From a bacterium (GTDB taxonomy: Bacteria > Patescibacteriota > Dojkabacteria > JAKAPS01 > JAJZLI01): a stretch of 64,000 bases of DNA. The stretch covers positions 29,641 through 93,640 of the forward strand of contig JAJYWX010000003.1 in the NCBI GenBank assembly GCA_021791275.1, read 5' to 3'. Shown here piece by piece: positions 40,384 to 49,810 of the stretch. Below the pieces are notes generated by a model, which saw only the letters and a list, made by a program, of their open reading frames with translations, did no database searches and had not been told where the DNA came from. Every line of letters starts with the position of its first letter. Within the stretch, counting starts at the first letter, position 1. The position numbers and the translations under genes were made by a program.

Positions 40384-41054
40384 TCGTTATAACCTCCCTC
40401 AGAGTCTCTAATAATTCTACCCTCATCCAACGCTATAACTCTTTTTTGCATTGAATTAACAATATCTGATGCATGTGTGGCCATAAGAACTGTAGTTCCC
40501 CAACTATTTATTTTATTCAAAAGCTGTATAATATCCCACCCTACCAATGGATCTAAATTCCCTGTAGGCTCATCAGCTATAAGAATATGAGGATTATTCA
40601 CCAATGCTCTTGCAATAGCAACTCTTTGCCTCTCTCCTCCAGATAGTTGATGTGGAAACATTTTAGACTTAGTTGAAAGACCAACCATATCTAATATATA
40701 GTCTACACTTTTTTTGATTTCTCTATTAGTATGGTCTGAAAGTTCTAAAGCAAAAGATACATTCTCAAATGTAGTTTTCCTTGGAAGAAGTTTGAAATCC
40801 TGAAATACTACCCCTATCTCTCTTCTTAGGTAAGGCAGGGCTTTTTTATTTAATTTTTCTATATCATAACCTGCAAAATGTATACTTCCAGATGTTAAAT
40901 TCTCTTCCTTTATTACCAACCTTATTACTGTACTCTTCCCTGCCCCAGAATGGCCTACAAGAAAAACAAACTCCCCCTCATCAATATGAAAATTTATATT
41001 ATCTAAAACAGTCTTACCTTTATACTCTTTATAAACATTTTTAAAAGTTAACAT
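40380..41054 (-). CDS. ftsE: Cell division ATP-binding protein FtsE
   Basis: Walker A GHSGAGKST, signature LSGGERQRVAIARAL and Walker B LIADEPTGNLD. 224 aa. Confidence 0.9.
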   Translation of the reverse strand: MLTFKNVYKEYKGKTVLDNINFHIDEGEFVFLVGHSGAGKSTVIRLVIKEENLTSGSIHFAGYDIEKLNKKALPYLRREIGVVFQDFKLLPRKTTFENVSFALELSDHTNREIKKSVDYILDMVGLSTKSKMFPHQLSGGERQRVAIARALVNNPHILIADEPTGNLDPLVGWDIIQLLNKINSWGTTVLMATHASDIVNSMQKRVIALDEGRIIRDSEGGYNE

Positions 41055-41087
41055 ATTAACTTAGCATATAATAAAAAACATAAATTT

Positions 41088-42173
41088 TCAATTTAGTTTT
41101 ATTTCTGAAAAAATAAAAATATCCAAATCCCCGTTGAGAACAGCTTCTGTATCAGAAGTTTCTACATTTGTTCTTAAATCTTTAACAAGTTTATATGGAT
41201 GTAGAACATAGTTTCTTATCTGATTTCCCCACATAGGAACTTTATGCTCTCCTTTTAAGTCCGATAACTCTTTTTCTTTTTTATCTTCTTCGATCTTATA
41301 AATTTGAGCTCTAAGCTTTCTCATAGCATATTCTCTATTTTGAACCTGAGATCTTTCCGAACCTGCAACAACAACGATACCTGTGGGTATATGTTTTAAA
41401 GTCACCTTGGTTGAAACTTTATTTACATTTTGTCCCCCTGGCCCCCCACCTCTAGTAGCTGAAAATTCTATATCTTCATCTCTAATTTCAATTTCAGAAT
41501 CATCTTCAATTAAGGGTACTACTTCTACTAAAGCAAATGATGTCTGCCTCAATCCTTGAGCATTAAAAGGAGAAACTCGTACAAGTCTATGAGTTCCGCT
41601 TTCCCTCTTTAAATATCCAAAAACATAAGCTCCTTTTACTTCCATACTCACACTACTTATCCCAGCTTCATTACCCTGTACCATATCTGTAATCTCATAT
41701 TCCCAACCTTTAGATTGGAAGTATCTTGTATACATCCTAAAAAGCATGTCAGTCCAATCCATAGCTTCAGTACCACCTTGACCTGCATGAATTGAGAGTA
41801 TTGCTCCATTCCTATCAAATTTTGAAGAAAGATAAGTTTTAAACTCTATTTTTTCAAAATCTTTATCAATTGATGCTAATTCTTTTTCTAACTCTTCTTT
41901 TAAACTTTCTGTATCTTCAGATGAAAGTTCAGATAGCTCTCTCATATACGCCACTCTAGATTCTATATCCTCTATATCTTTTACTTCTTCTTTAAGCTCA
42001 TTTAGCTCTTTCATTTTTGAAGTAGCAATGGAAGAATCGTTCCAAAAACCTTCCTTCAAGGATTCTTCTTCAAGTGCATTAATACGACTTTCAAAAGAAG
42101 AAAAATCTAAATTCTTCTTAATATCAATAATTCTTTTTTCTAAGACAGATATCTTATCTTTTATGGAGTCCAT
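41088..42173 (-). CDS. prfB: Peptide chain release factor 2
   Basis: SPF tripeptide (RVSPFNAQG) and GGQ motif (GGPGGQNVNKVSTKV). A single uninterrupted 361-aa ORF. Confidence 0.9.
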   Translation of the reverse strand: MDSIKDKISVLEKRIIDIKKNLDFSSFESRINALEEESLKEGFWNDSSIATSKMKELNELKEEVKDIEDIESRVAYMRELSELSSEDTESLKEELEKELASIDKDFEKIEFKTYLSSKFDRNGAILSIHAGQGGTEAMDWTDMLFRMYTRYFQSKGWEYEITDMVQGNEAGISSVSMEVKGAYVFGYLKRESGTHRLVRVSPFNAQGLRQTSFALVEVVPLIEDDSEIEIRDEDIEFSATRGGGPGGQNVNKVSTKVTLKHIPTGIVVVAGSERSQVQNREYAMRKLRAQIYKIEEDKKEKELSDLKGEHKVPMWGNQIRNYVLHPYKLVKDLRTNVETSDTEAVLNGDLDIFIFSEIKLN

Positions 42174-42187
42174 TTTTTAAATTTACG

Positions 42188-42574
42188 TTAAGGAATTTTT
42201 AATATAGATTTTACCTCTTCTATTATCTGCTTTGTTGAGTGAAATGATTTTATAATATATCCTGCAGCTTCTCTCGCAAATCCCTCCTTAATAGTTGTAT
42301 CATCTGAAAGATTTGTAAGAAGAATAACCGGTATATTCATAGTTGAAGGAACAGATTTCAACTCTTTTAGAACATCTAGGCCATTCATTCCTGGAAGCAT
42401 AACATCCAAAAGTATGAAATCAGGTTTTTCATTTTTTGCCATTATGAGCCCTTCTTCCCCTGTGTATGCATTTATAACTGAAAAATTATTCTCTTCAAAT
42501 GCCCTTGCATATATAAATGCTATATTTACCTCATCTTCGATAAAAAGAACTTTCATTTTTTTATTATTGTCCAT
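42188..42574 (-). CDS. Single-domain response regulator (receiver only)
   Basis: MKVLFIEDEVN...FILLDVMLPGMNGLDVLKELK...PVILLTN. 128 aa. Confidence 0.75.
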   Translation of the reverse strand: MDNNKKMKVLFIEDEVNIAFIYARAFEENNFSVINAYTGEEGLIMAKNEKPDFILLDVMLPGMNGLDVLKELKSVPSTMNIPVILLTNLSDDTTIKEGFAREAAGYIIKSFHSTKQIIEEVKSILKIP

Positions 42575-42637
42575 ATATACTAAAAATTATATTAGTATAC
42601 AGTATAAAAGTAAATAGAAAATAACATTTTAAATAAT

Positions 42638-43660
42638 TTACTCTAATAACCTTAGTACTTCGACTCTTCTTGGATCTTCTTCTGTACCAAAACATTCAAT
42701 ATCACCTTTCTTTATAAAATCAATCTCCTTTTTTGTAAGAGGAATCTTTTTTAAAACTTTTCTATGTATTCTTGTCAATTTTCTCATATCTGTAAAAGTT
42801 TTTCTGAATTTTTCAAATGAATTTAATTCTCTTAATAATTTTTCCAATACATCATACATAATTGGATCTACATTTTGTTGAAATAAAATACCTCTGGCTT
42901 CAACTACTTCTCCATTTTTTAACCTAATAACAAGTCTTGGAACCTTTTTTCCATTTTCATCATAATCATAATAAACATATATATCACCATCATTGAGATA
43001 CATAAATGCTTTATACCTCTTTTCTATACACCATCCAGTATTATTCCCACTTAAGGATGATACTAATGCATCCTCATCTCCTTGAGAGTATCTTTCCCAA
43101 TCACCTTTTTTATATTTACATGTTTCAGAAAAATTTGGACTCTGCTGAACTCCATAAATTTCTCGTGCATATAATCTGGAAAATCTTCCATTGTCGCCCA
43201 AAAGTATACTTAGATACACATTATGCACGGCTCCTTCATGAATAGGGGGAAACGGATCTAGAGTGGTTTTACTACGACTTGAGAATTCTCCCCATCCCTT
43301 ATTATACCCTGATAATTTAAGTACTGACCTTAATACTAAATATTTAAACCAAATTGGATAATCTGATTGTCTCATATATTCTATCCAAGAGCTTAAACTT
43401 TCATATTGACCTTTTCTTATAACCTCTAATTCCGAATCCGTAAGATTCGGGTTATCTTGGGATTTTACAAGATGATATTCTATGAATCTTTTCAGTGCCT
43501 CAGGATTAGGGTTATCTCTAAAAACAGAGTGTCTTGACTCAAGATTACATAAATAAGAAGATACTAAATCAGGCTGTTTAGCAGAAAATTGTACTTCTGC
43601 AGAGTTACTTAATTCATATCTTTCCAGAGGATAAGTTATTTGCCTTTCTTCATTTTCCAA
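42638..43660 (-). CDS. Hypothetical protein (340 aa), no recognisable family
   Basis: Long intact ORF with Arg/Glu/Tyr/Trp-rich composition unlike its neighbours and no TM helix. Directly upstream of the receiver-only gene. Confidence 0.45.
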   Translation of the reverse strand: MENEERQITYPLERYELSNSAEVQFSAKQPDLVSSYLCNLESRHSVFRDNPNPEALKRFIEYHLVKSQDNPNLTDSELEVIRKGQYESLSSWIEYMRQSDYPIWFKYLVLRSVLKLSGYNKGWGEFSSRSKTTLDPFPPIHEGAVHNVYLSILLGDNGRFSRLYAREIYGVQQSPNFSETCKYKKGDWERYSQGDEDALVSSLSGNNTGWCIEKRYKAFMYLNDGDIYVYYDYDENGKKVPRLVIRLKNGEVVEARGILFQQNVDPIMYDVLEKLLRELNSFEKFRKTFTDMRKLTRIHRKVLKKIPLTKKEIDFIKKGDIECFGTEEDPRRVEVLRLLE

Positions 43661-43740
43661 AACATTAAGATTATATATCTTTTAATCTTTAAACCAAAAT
43701 TATTGTTTACTTATATATAGTAAATGCTATAATAAATTAT

Positions 43741-44658
43741 ATGAATGACACAATAAATTACTCTCAGCCAGGAAGTTCTAGAATAAGTCCCATATCAACG
43801 TTACTCTTTTTTATAATTTTTATACTTGGAATATTAATATCAATCCCAGTCATAATTGTAAATATTTATGTAGGTATAGTCCTCATAATATTAGTTACCA
43901 TAATTGCAAGGATAATATCTCTTGCTGTCAGAACTACTCCTGAATGGGAAAGAGTAGTTATCTTAAGATTAGGGAAATTTGATAGAATAAAAGGTCCGGG
44001 TATTTTTTTTATGATACCTATAGTTGAGAATATAGCATATTGGATTGATCTAAGAACAGCATCAATACCAATAAAAGCAGAGCAAACATTAACAAAGGAT
44101 AATGTTCCAGTATCTGTAGAGGCAATACTTTTTTGGAAAGTAAATGACCCTAAAATGGCAGCTTTAGAAGTTGCTAATTACAAAGATTCTGCAGATTTAG
44201 CTGCTCAAACTGCGCTAAGAGATATGATTGGTAAATCAGAGCTCTCCACTATATTATCTGATAGAGAAAGCATCGACGCAAAACTTCAAAATACAATTGC
44301 AAATAGAGTAACCCCTTGGGGAATCACGGTGATATCAGTTGAAATAAGAGATGTTATAATCCCTGAGAATTTACAAAATGCGATGAGCCAAAAAGCTCAA
44401 GCAGAAAGAGAAAGAGAAGCAAGAGTAATACTCGGAGACTCTGAGAGGATCATTGCTCAAAGTTTCATGGATGCGGCTGAAAAATATAAGGGGAATCCTG
44501 CAGCAATGCACCTTAGAGCCATGAATATGCTTTTCGAAGGATTAAAGGAGAAGGGAGCGTTAATTATAGTACCATCTAGTGCAGTTGACACAATGAATCT
44601 GGGTGGTATTGTAGGATTGAAAGAATACCAAGAAGAAACACAAAAAAAGAAAGAATAA
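43741..44658 (+). CDS. SPFH/Band 7 (stomatin-like) membrane protein
   Basis: N-terminal TM hairpin, then an SPFH core (PWGITVISVEIRDVIIPENLQNAMSQKAQAEREREARV). Confidence 0.8.
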   Translation: MNDTINYSQPGSSRISPISTLLFFIIFILGILISIPVIIVNIYVGIVLIILVTIIARIISLAVRTTPEWERVVILRLGKFDRIKGPGIFFMIPIVENIAYWIDLRTASIPIKAEQTLTKDNVPVSVEAILFWKVNDPKMAALEVANYKDSADLAAQTALRDMIGKSELSTILSDRESIDAKLQNTIANRVTPWGITVISVEIRDVIIPENLQNAMSQKAQAEREREARVILGDSERIIAQSFMDAAEKYKGNPAAMHLRAMNMLFEGLKEKGALIIVPSSAVDTMNLGGIVGLKEYQEETQKKKE

Positions 44659-45525
44659 ATGAAAATAGTCATAATCGGGCCAACAGGAGTAGGCAAAACA
44701 TCTGTAGCATACAATATATGCAAAAAATTCCAAGGAGAGATAATAAGTGCAGATTCAAGACAAGTATATAAATATTTGGATATTGGAAATAATAAAGAAA
44801 TTTTTACTGATGTTAAAACACATCTTATTGATGTCATTACCCCAGACAAAATATATAGTGCATATAAATTTAAATCTAGTGCTAAAAAAATAATTGTAAA
44901 CCTTCAAAAAGATAACCTTCTCCCAGTTATTGTTGGGGGAACAAATTTTTATATAAAAGCACTTGTCTATAACTTAAAACTTAGCAAATTAAAAAATAAA
45001 AATTACACTGGCCTTTCTAACAAAAGTATTGATACGCTACAAGAGATTCTAAAAACAAAAGACTATAAATTTTATCTAAGTTTAAATAATAGTGACAGAA
45101 ATAACAGAAGAAGATTAGAAAAATACATACAATCTGAAAATCTAGATCCTATAAGATCATATAAATTTGATAAATCTTTTAAAATAATACAGATAGATTT
45201 TGACAAAACAAATCTTTTTAATGATATAGAAGCAAGGACAAAAGAAATGATAAAAAGAGGACTTATAGATGAATGTAGAGAAGTTCTATCAATGGGATAC
45301 AAAGAGACAGCCCCAGCCTTTCAAATGGTAGGATATAAAGAGACTATACTTTATATAAAAGGCGATGTAAAAACAATCAATGAATTAGAAGATTTAATAA
45401 ATAAAGATACATATAAATTAGTAAAAAAACAGATTACTTTCCTAAATTCATTTAAAGAAAAAGTAATATTGCAAAAAAATAAGGTAATAGATTATATAGA
45501 AAGGGAAAATCTCACTTCTAAGTGA
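44659..45525 (+). CDS. miaA: tRNA dimethylallyltransferase MiaA
   Basis: P-loop IIGPTGVGKTSVA and ISADSRQVYKYLDIG. Its ATG abuts the stop of the upstream SPFH gene (TAAATG). Confidence 0.8.
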   Translation: MKIVIIGPTGVGKTSVAYNICKKFQGEIISADSRQVYKYLDIGNNKEIFTDVKTHLIDVITPDKIYSAYKFKSSAKKIIVNLQKDNLLPVIVGGTNFYIKALVYNLKLSKLKNKNYTGLSNKSIDTLQEILKTKDYKFYLSLNNSDRNNRRRLEKYIQSENLDPIRSYKFDKSFKIIQIDFDKTNLFNDIEARTKEMIKRGLIDECREVLSMGYKETAPAFQMVGYKETILYIKGDVKTINELEDLINKDTYKLVKKQITFLNSFKEKVILQKNKVIDYIERENLTSK

Positions 45526-45533
45526 GATTTTCC
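45504..45533. terminator. Bidirectional terminator hairpin between convergent miaA and hup
   Basis: Perfect 14-bp stem GGAAAATCTCACTT-ct-AAGTGAGATTTTCC spanning the miaA stop, flanked by A/T-rich sequence. Confidence 0.5.
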
Positions 45534-45571
45534 TAAATTAGTTGAAATTATTAGAAATTAAGAATTCGAGC

Positions 45572-45844
45572 TTATTTAACAGCTGCTTTCAAAGCTTTAC
45601 CAGCTCTAAATGCAGGAGTTTTTGTTGCAGGAATACTTATTTTAGCTCCTGTTTGAGGATTTCTACCTTCTCTTTGAGATCTTACTCTTACTTCAAATTT
45701 ACCAAAACCTGTAATTAATACTTCATCTCCTTTTTTTAATGCGTTAGTTACTGTTTCTACAAATGCATCTACTGCATCATTTGAAGCTTTTTTTGTAAGT
45801 CCTGTCATAGAAGCTATTTGATCTACTAAGTGTTGCTTTAACAT
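45572..45844 (-). CDS. hup: DNA-binding protein HU
   Basis: 90 aa with the HU signature GFGKFEVRVRSQREGRNPQTG. A strong SD (AAGGAGGTGA) lies 7 nt upstream. Confidence 0.9.
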   Translation of the reverse strand: MLKQHLVDQIASMTGLTKKASNDAVDAFVETVTNALKKGDEVLITGFGKFEVRVRSQREGRNPQTGAKISIPATKTPAFRAGKALKAAVK

Positions 45845-46014
45845 AATTAATCACCTCCTTATTTATTAATGTTTCTAGATAGCAAAGACCTTATGTCGAC
45901 AATAAGAAATGCTTTATCTAAAACATTAATTAAGAGTATATATTTTTGATACTGTAAATGCAATATATTTTCATGATAATACGACAAAATGGCTTATATA
46001 AAGCATAAAAACCT

Positions 46015-46515
46015 CTATTTTTTTTCGTAAATTTTTTCTAATTCCTTGTCTGTATAGAGTTTATAAGGTTTCTTCATAAGATCCATAAACATTTTCCCGT
46101 CCATATGATCTATCTCATGTTGTATAAGGTGAGAGTAAAATCCCTCAAACTGATAAGTTCTTCTTTTTCCAAATTCATTAAAATATTCTACTGCAATTTT
46201 TCTTGGTCTTTTAACTTTTCCAAAAAGATTCCCTTCATTAAGAGACATGCACCCTTCCCAATCAGATGACAAACTTTCATCTTTAAATAATATTTTAGGA
46301 TTTATCATTACTTCCCAGTCATCCTCAACATATATAACAGACATACGAATTTTAACTCCTACCTGCACACTTGCAAGACCAACGCAGTTATCTACTGATT
46401 TTCCATAATTAATCATTTCTGAGGCTAAATCTCTTAATTTTTTATCAAAATCCTTGACTGGCAAAGATTTCTGTCTTAATATTGGGTTTCCCTCTTTTAT
46501 TACATTTATAGCCAT
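46015..46515 (-). CDS. def: Peptide deformylase
   Basis: Motifs GLASVQVG, EGCMSL and QHEIDHMDG. Confidence 0.9.
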   Translation of the reverse strand: MAINVIKEGNPILRQKSLPVKDFDKKLRDLASEMINYGKSVDNCVGLASVQVGVKIRMSVIYVEDDWEVMINPKILFKDESLSSDWEGCMSLNEGNLFGKVKRPRKIAVEYFNEFGKRRTYQFEGFYSHLIQHEIDHMDGKMFMDLMKKPYKLYTDKELEKIYEKK

Positions 46516-46516
46516 T

Positions 46517-48157
46517 TTATTTCCAAGAAAAATTTAAAATTCCTTTATTTGATCTTAAAACCATACTACAATCTTTTTTATGTATTTTTATAACTCCTCC
46601 AACCCCTACTCTTCCTACAATGCTATCTCCTTTTTTAGGGTTACAACATTTAGATAATTTTATAGTGATATTATCAAATATAATATTATTTTCAATAGTT
46701 GGATCTTTTGATATATTTGTATTTTGTATTTTTTTGTCTTTTTCCTTCTTATTTTTTTCAATATCTACTTTATCTTTTTCTTTACTAAATTTTCTTATTT
46801 TTCTTTTTATTCCTGGATTTTGGGCTATTTGCTCCCAGCTCTTCTTAGGAATATTAGAATTTTTATCTTTAATAATCTCAACGATATCTCCTGAAGAGAG
46901 CTGATATATCAAAGGAACCATTTTTCCATTAACTTTAGCACCTTTTATGGAATTCCCTATTTGTGTATGTATAGAATATGCAAAATCTACTGGAGTTGAG
47001 CCTTTTTTCAATTGTTTCACCATATACATAGGTGTAAAAACAAATATTTTGTCTTCAAACAATTTTAATCCACTAATATCCTTACCTCCTGAAAAAGATA
47101 AATTTTTAACCCAATCAAATTGATCCTTAGAATTCCCACTTTTATAACTTATATGAGAAGCAGGTCCAAATTCATTATACTCGTGCATTTCATATGTTTT
47201 TATTTGTATTTCTACTAATTTATTATCTAATGCTTTTACTGTAGTCTGTAGAGCCCTAAAACCATTGGATTTAGGTCTTGAAATATAGTCATCAAATTCT
47301 TCAGGTATATATGTAAAAATTGTATGAATTTGACCTAAAACTTTGTAGCAAAGTTCAATATTACTTACAAGTATAGTAAATGCCCAAAGGTCATTTAGAG
47401 TAAAAATAAATTCATCAGAGTAATATCCATATATTTTAATAATTTTGTTATATATGCTGTATATGTTTTTTCTTCTTCCAAAAATATCTATATTGATATC
47501 GATTTTATCCTTGATATATTTTTTAAGTTTATCTGAATATAGGTTATCTTCTTTATAATCTTTATCAATAACTTCTAGGATCCTTTCATATATTTCTGGA
47601 TTTATTATACTAAAAGATAAATTATCAATTTCAGATTTAATTACATTTAAACCTAAATATTCAGATATTGGAGAATAAATATTAAAAATCTTTTTTGCAA
47701 AATCTTTTTTTAAATCTTCATTATCAAAATTTCCTTCTTTCAGAAGTGTATACTTATCTATAATTTTAAGTATCAAAACTCTAATATCTCTGCATGAAGC
47801 TATTAAATATTTCTTCAAAGCATCAAAATCTTGTTTATCCACATTTTCGCAAACTGACAAAATGTTATCCACATTTTTCATTCCCCTTTTGATGTTAACA
47901 AATATATGCCCAAATTCTTCTGCAATAAAGCCATCATCATACATATCAAAATTTACAAGAGAAGATATTATTGTTATAGAATCTAGATTAAAATTTATAC
48001 AGCTTATACATCTTTCAATCTTATTACTTTTTTCAATCTCACTTCCATCTTTCTCAAGAAACATATATGCTTTCCTTAAAAGAATAAGGTCAATATCTGT
48101 TCCATTTTTTTTTATAAAATCAATCAAATTTACAAAATCTTTTTTTTTATCATTCAT
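46517..48157 (-). CDS. rel: RelA/SpoT-family (p)ppGpp synthetase with degenerate (pseudo) HD hydrolase domain, a TGS domain and a C-terminal Cys/His cluster
   Basis: Synthetase core GRRKNIYSIYNKI...DLWAFTILV...EIQIKTYEMHEYNEFG...HISYK. TGS domain VFTPMYMVKQLKKGSTPVDFAYSIHTQIGNSIKGAKVNGKMVPL. C-terminal CCNPKKGDSIVGRVG...HKKDC. The region aligned to the HD domain lacks the His, His-Asp and Asp residues. Start is taken at MNDKKKDF, where ATGA overlaps the recJ stop. Confidence 0.8.
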   Translation of the reverse strand: MNDKKKDFVNLIDFIKKNGTDIDLILLRKAYMFLEKDGSEIEKSNKIERCISCINFNLDSITIISSLVNFDMYDDGFIAEEFGHIFVNIKRGMKNVDNILSVCENVDKQDFDALKKYLIASCRDIRVLILKIIDKYTLLKEGNFDNEDLKKDFAKKIFNIYSPISEYLGLNVIKSEIDNLSFSIINPEIYERILEVIDKDYKEDNLYSDKLKKYIKDKIDINIDIFGRRKNIYSIYNKIIKIYGYYSDEFIFTLNDLWAFTILVSNIELCYKVLGQIHTIFTYIPEEFDDYISRPKSNGFRALQTTVKALDNKLVEIQIKTYEMHEYNEFGPASHISYKSGNSKDQFDWVKNLSFSGGKDISGLKLFEDKIFVFTPMYMVKQLKKGSTPVDFAYSIHTQIGNSIKGAKVNGKMVPLIYQLSSGDIVEIIKDKNSNIPKKSWEQIAQNPGIKRKIRKFSKEKDKVDIEKNKKEKDKKIQNTNISKDPTIENNIIFDNITIKLSKCCNPKKGDSIVGRVGVGGVIKIHKKDCSMVLRSNKGILNFSWK

Positions 48158-49809
48158 GATGAGTGAGGTTTTAAATCTAATATTTTTAATTGTAAATCGC
48201 TTTTTCCATTCCAAGTATTTTCAGTTATATTAAATGCTATATCCACATTTCCAAATTTAACAATTTCCTCTGGAGTATATATTGATGAGAACCAAATTGA
48301 ATCAATATATATATTCTTTTCTTTATCCGTTAGCCTTAATTTAACAAATTTCTTTGAATTGCCTACATTTGATGCAGACATAACAATACAAGAGTATGAA
48401 ACAAAAATGGGTTGAGGATTCCCAACTCCAAATGGTTTCAAAAGATTAATTTGATTATATAAATCATAATTTATGTTTTTAAGATGTATTGGAAAATCAA
48501 TTTTTAAAACTTTATCTCGTATACGCCCCTTTAAAAATTCTTTTGCATAATTATTAGCATGTAATTTTAATTTTGGTATATCTTCAAATTTTATTTGCAA
48601 TCCTGCAGCAGCTTCATGTCCTCCATACTTTATTAGATATTCTTTTCCCTTATCTAACATATCTACAATATTGAAATTTTCAATACTTCTTGCAGAACCA
48701 ACATAAACTCCTTTACTTTCACTAGATGTTATAGCTATAGTAGGTTTTCCACTCTCCTCTGTAATCTTCCCTGCAACAAGTCCTATAATCCCCTCTCCCC
48801 AATTATTCGAGACTACAATATTAAAAAAATCACTTCCATCTATTTGCTTCCATGCCTCTTCTAATGCATTCTTGGTCATATTCTGCCTTTCTATGTTAAA
48901 CTGATGTAGTTTTGATGATAAATTCTCGGCCGCCTTCTTATTCTTTGTAGAAAGTAATCTAAGAGAATGTATTGGGTCGTAAAGCCTCCCAGGAGCATTA
49001 ATCTTAGGTCCTATTACAAATCCTATATGATATACATCTACTTCATCAATATTAGAAACCTTTATTAGAGAATCTATCCCTGGCCTTTTTCTGGAATTTA
49101 TTATCTCTAATCCCATATTAACAAATGCCCTATTCTCTCCTATAAGCTTTGATACATCACAAATAGTTGCTAAGCAGACAAGATCTAGATACTCACTCAT
49201 ATCAAATTCATTTTTCTTATTAAGTGCACAGGCCAATTTGTATGCAACCGCTGCACCACATATTTCAGGTCTACCATACCCTAATGCAGGATGAATATTT
49301 ACAAAACTTTTTGGGATATTTTCAGAGATCAAATGGTGGTCTGTTATTATTAAATCAATTCCCAATTTTTTAGCAAGCAAAGCATTTTCTGTATCTCTTA
49401 TTCCACAATCAACTGTTATTACTAAAGTATAACCTTCCTTTGCAAACTCTTTTAATTTATCTCCATTAAGTCCATACCCTTCTGTAAATCTTGAAGGAAT
49501 AAATGGAAATGCATTAGCATGCATCTTATTGTATAAAAAGTCCCAAAGTATTGATGTTGCAGAAATCCCATCTACATCGTAATCTCCATATATAAGTATC
49601 TTCTCTTTGTTTTTAATTGCCTTTTTAATCCTTGATACCGCAGTTTTCATGCCATCAAATAAAAAAGGATCAAAAAGATAATTCGGATTTAAAAAATACT
49701 CAATTTCAGAAGGTGAAATATTCCTGTTAGCAAGGAGAATTGCCAAGAAACTATCTATACCCTTATAACCAGATACATCAGGATTCCTATATATATTCCA
49801 ATAGGCCAT
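48154..49809 (-). CDS. recJ: Single-stranded-DNA-specific exonuclease RecJ
   Basis: DHH motifs (YGDYDVDGISATSIL, ITDHH) and a DHHA1 region. Confidence 0.85.
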   Translation of the reverse strand: MAYWNIYRNPDVSGYKGIDSFLAILLANRNISPSEIEYFLNPNYLFDPFLFDGMKTAVSRIKKAIKNKEKILIYGDYDVDGISATSILWDFLYNKMHANAFPFIPSRFTEGYGLNGDKLKEFAKEGYTLVITVDCGIRDTENALLAKKLGIDLIITDHHLISENIPKSFVNIHPALGYGRPEICGAAVAYKLACALNKKNEFDMSEYLDLVCLATICDVSKLIGENRAFVNMGLEIINSRKRPGIDSLIKVSNIDEVDVYHIGFVIGPKINAPGRLYDPIHSLRLLSTKNKKAAENLSSKLHQFNIERQNMTKNALEEAWKQIDGSDFFNIVVSNNWGEGIIGLVAGKITEESGKPTIAITSSESKGVYVGSARSIENFNIVDMLDKGKEYLIKYGGHEAAAGLQIKFEDIPKLKLHANNYAKEFLKGRIRDKVLKIDFPIHLKNINYDLYNQINLLKPFGVGNPQPIFVSYSCIVMSASNVGNSKKFVKLRLTDKEKNIYIDSIWFSSIYTPEEIVKFGNVDIAFNITENTWNGKSDLQLKILDLKPHSS

Positions 49810-49810
49810 A

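Noticed and set aside
45851-45860. Strong Shine-Dalgarno (AAGGAGGTGA) before hup, contrasted with weak or no SD before most other genes
   Set aside because: It is probably just expression tuning of a highly expressed gene and is not anomalous enough to report as a finding.
42414-48233. Shadow ORFs at 42414..42617, 43006..43245, 44457..44849, 45072..45302, 46620..46904 and 47862..48233
   Set aside because: They are antisense to the receiver, the unknown 340-aa gene, SPFH, miaA and rel. They are low-complexity.
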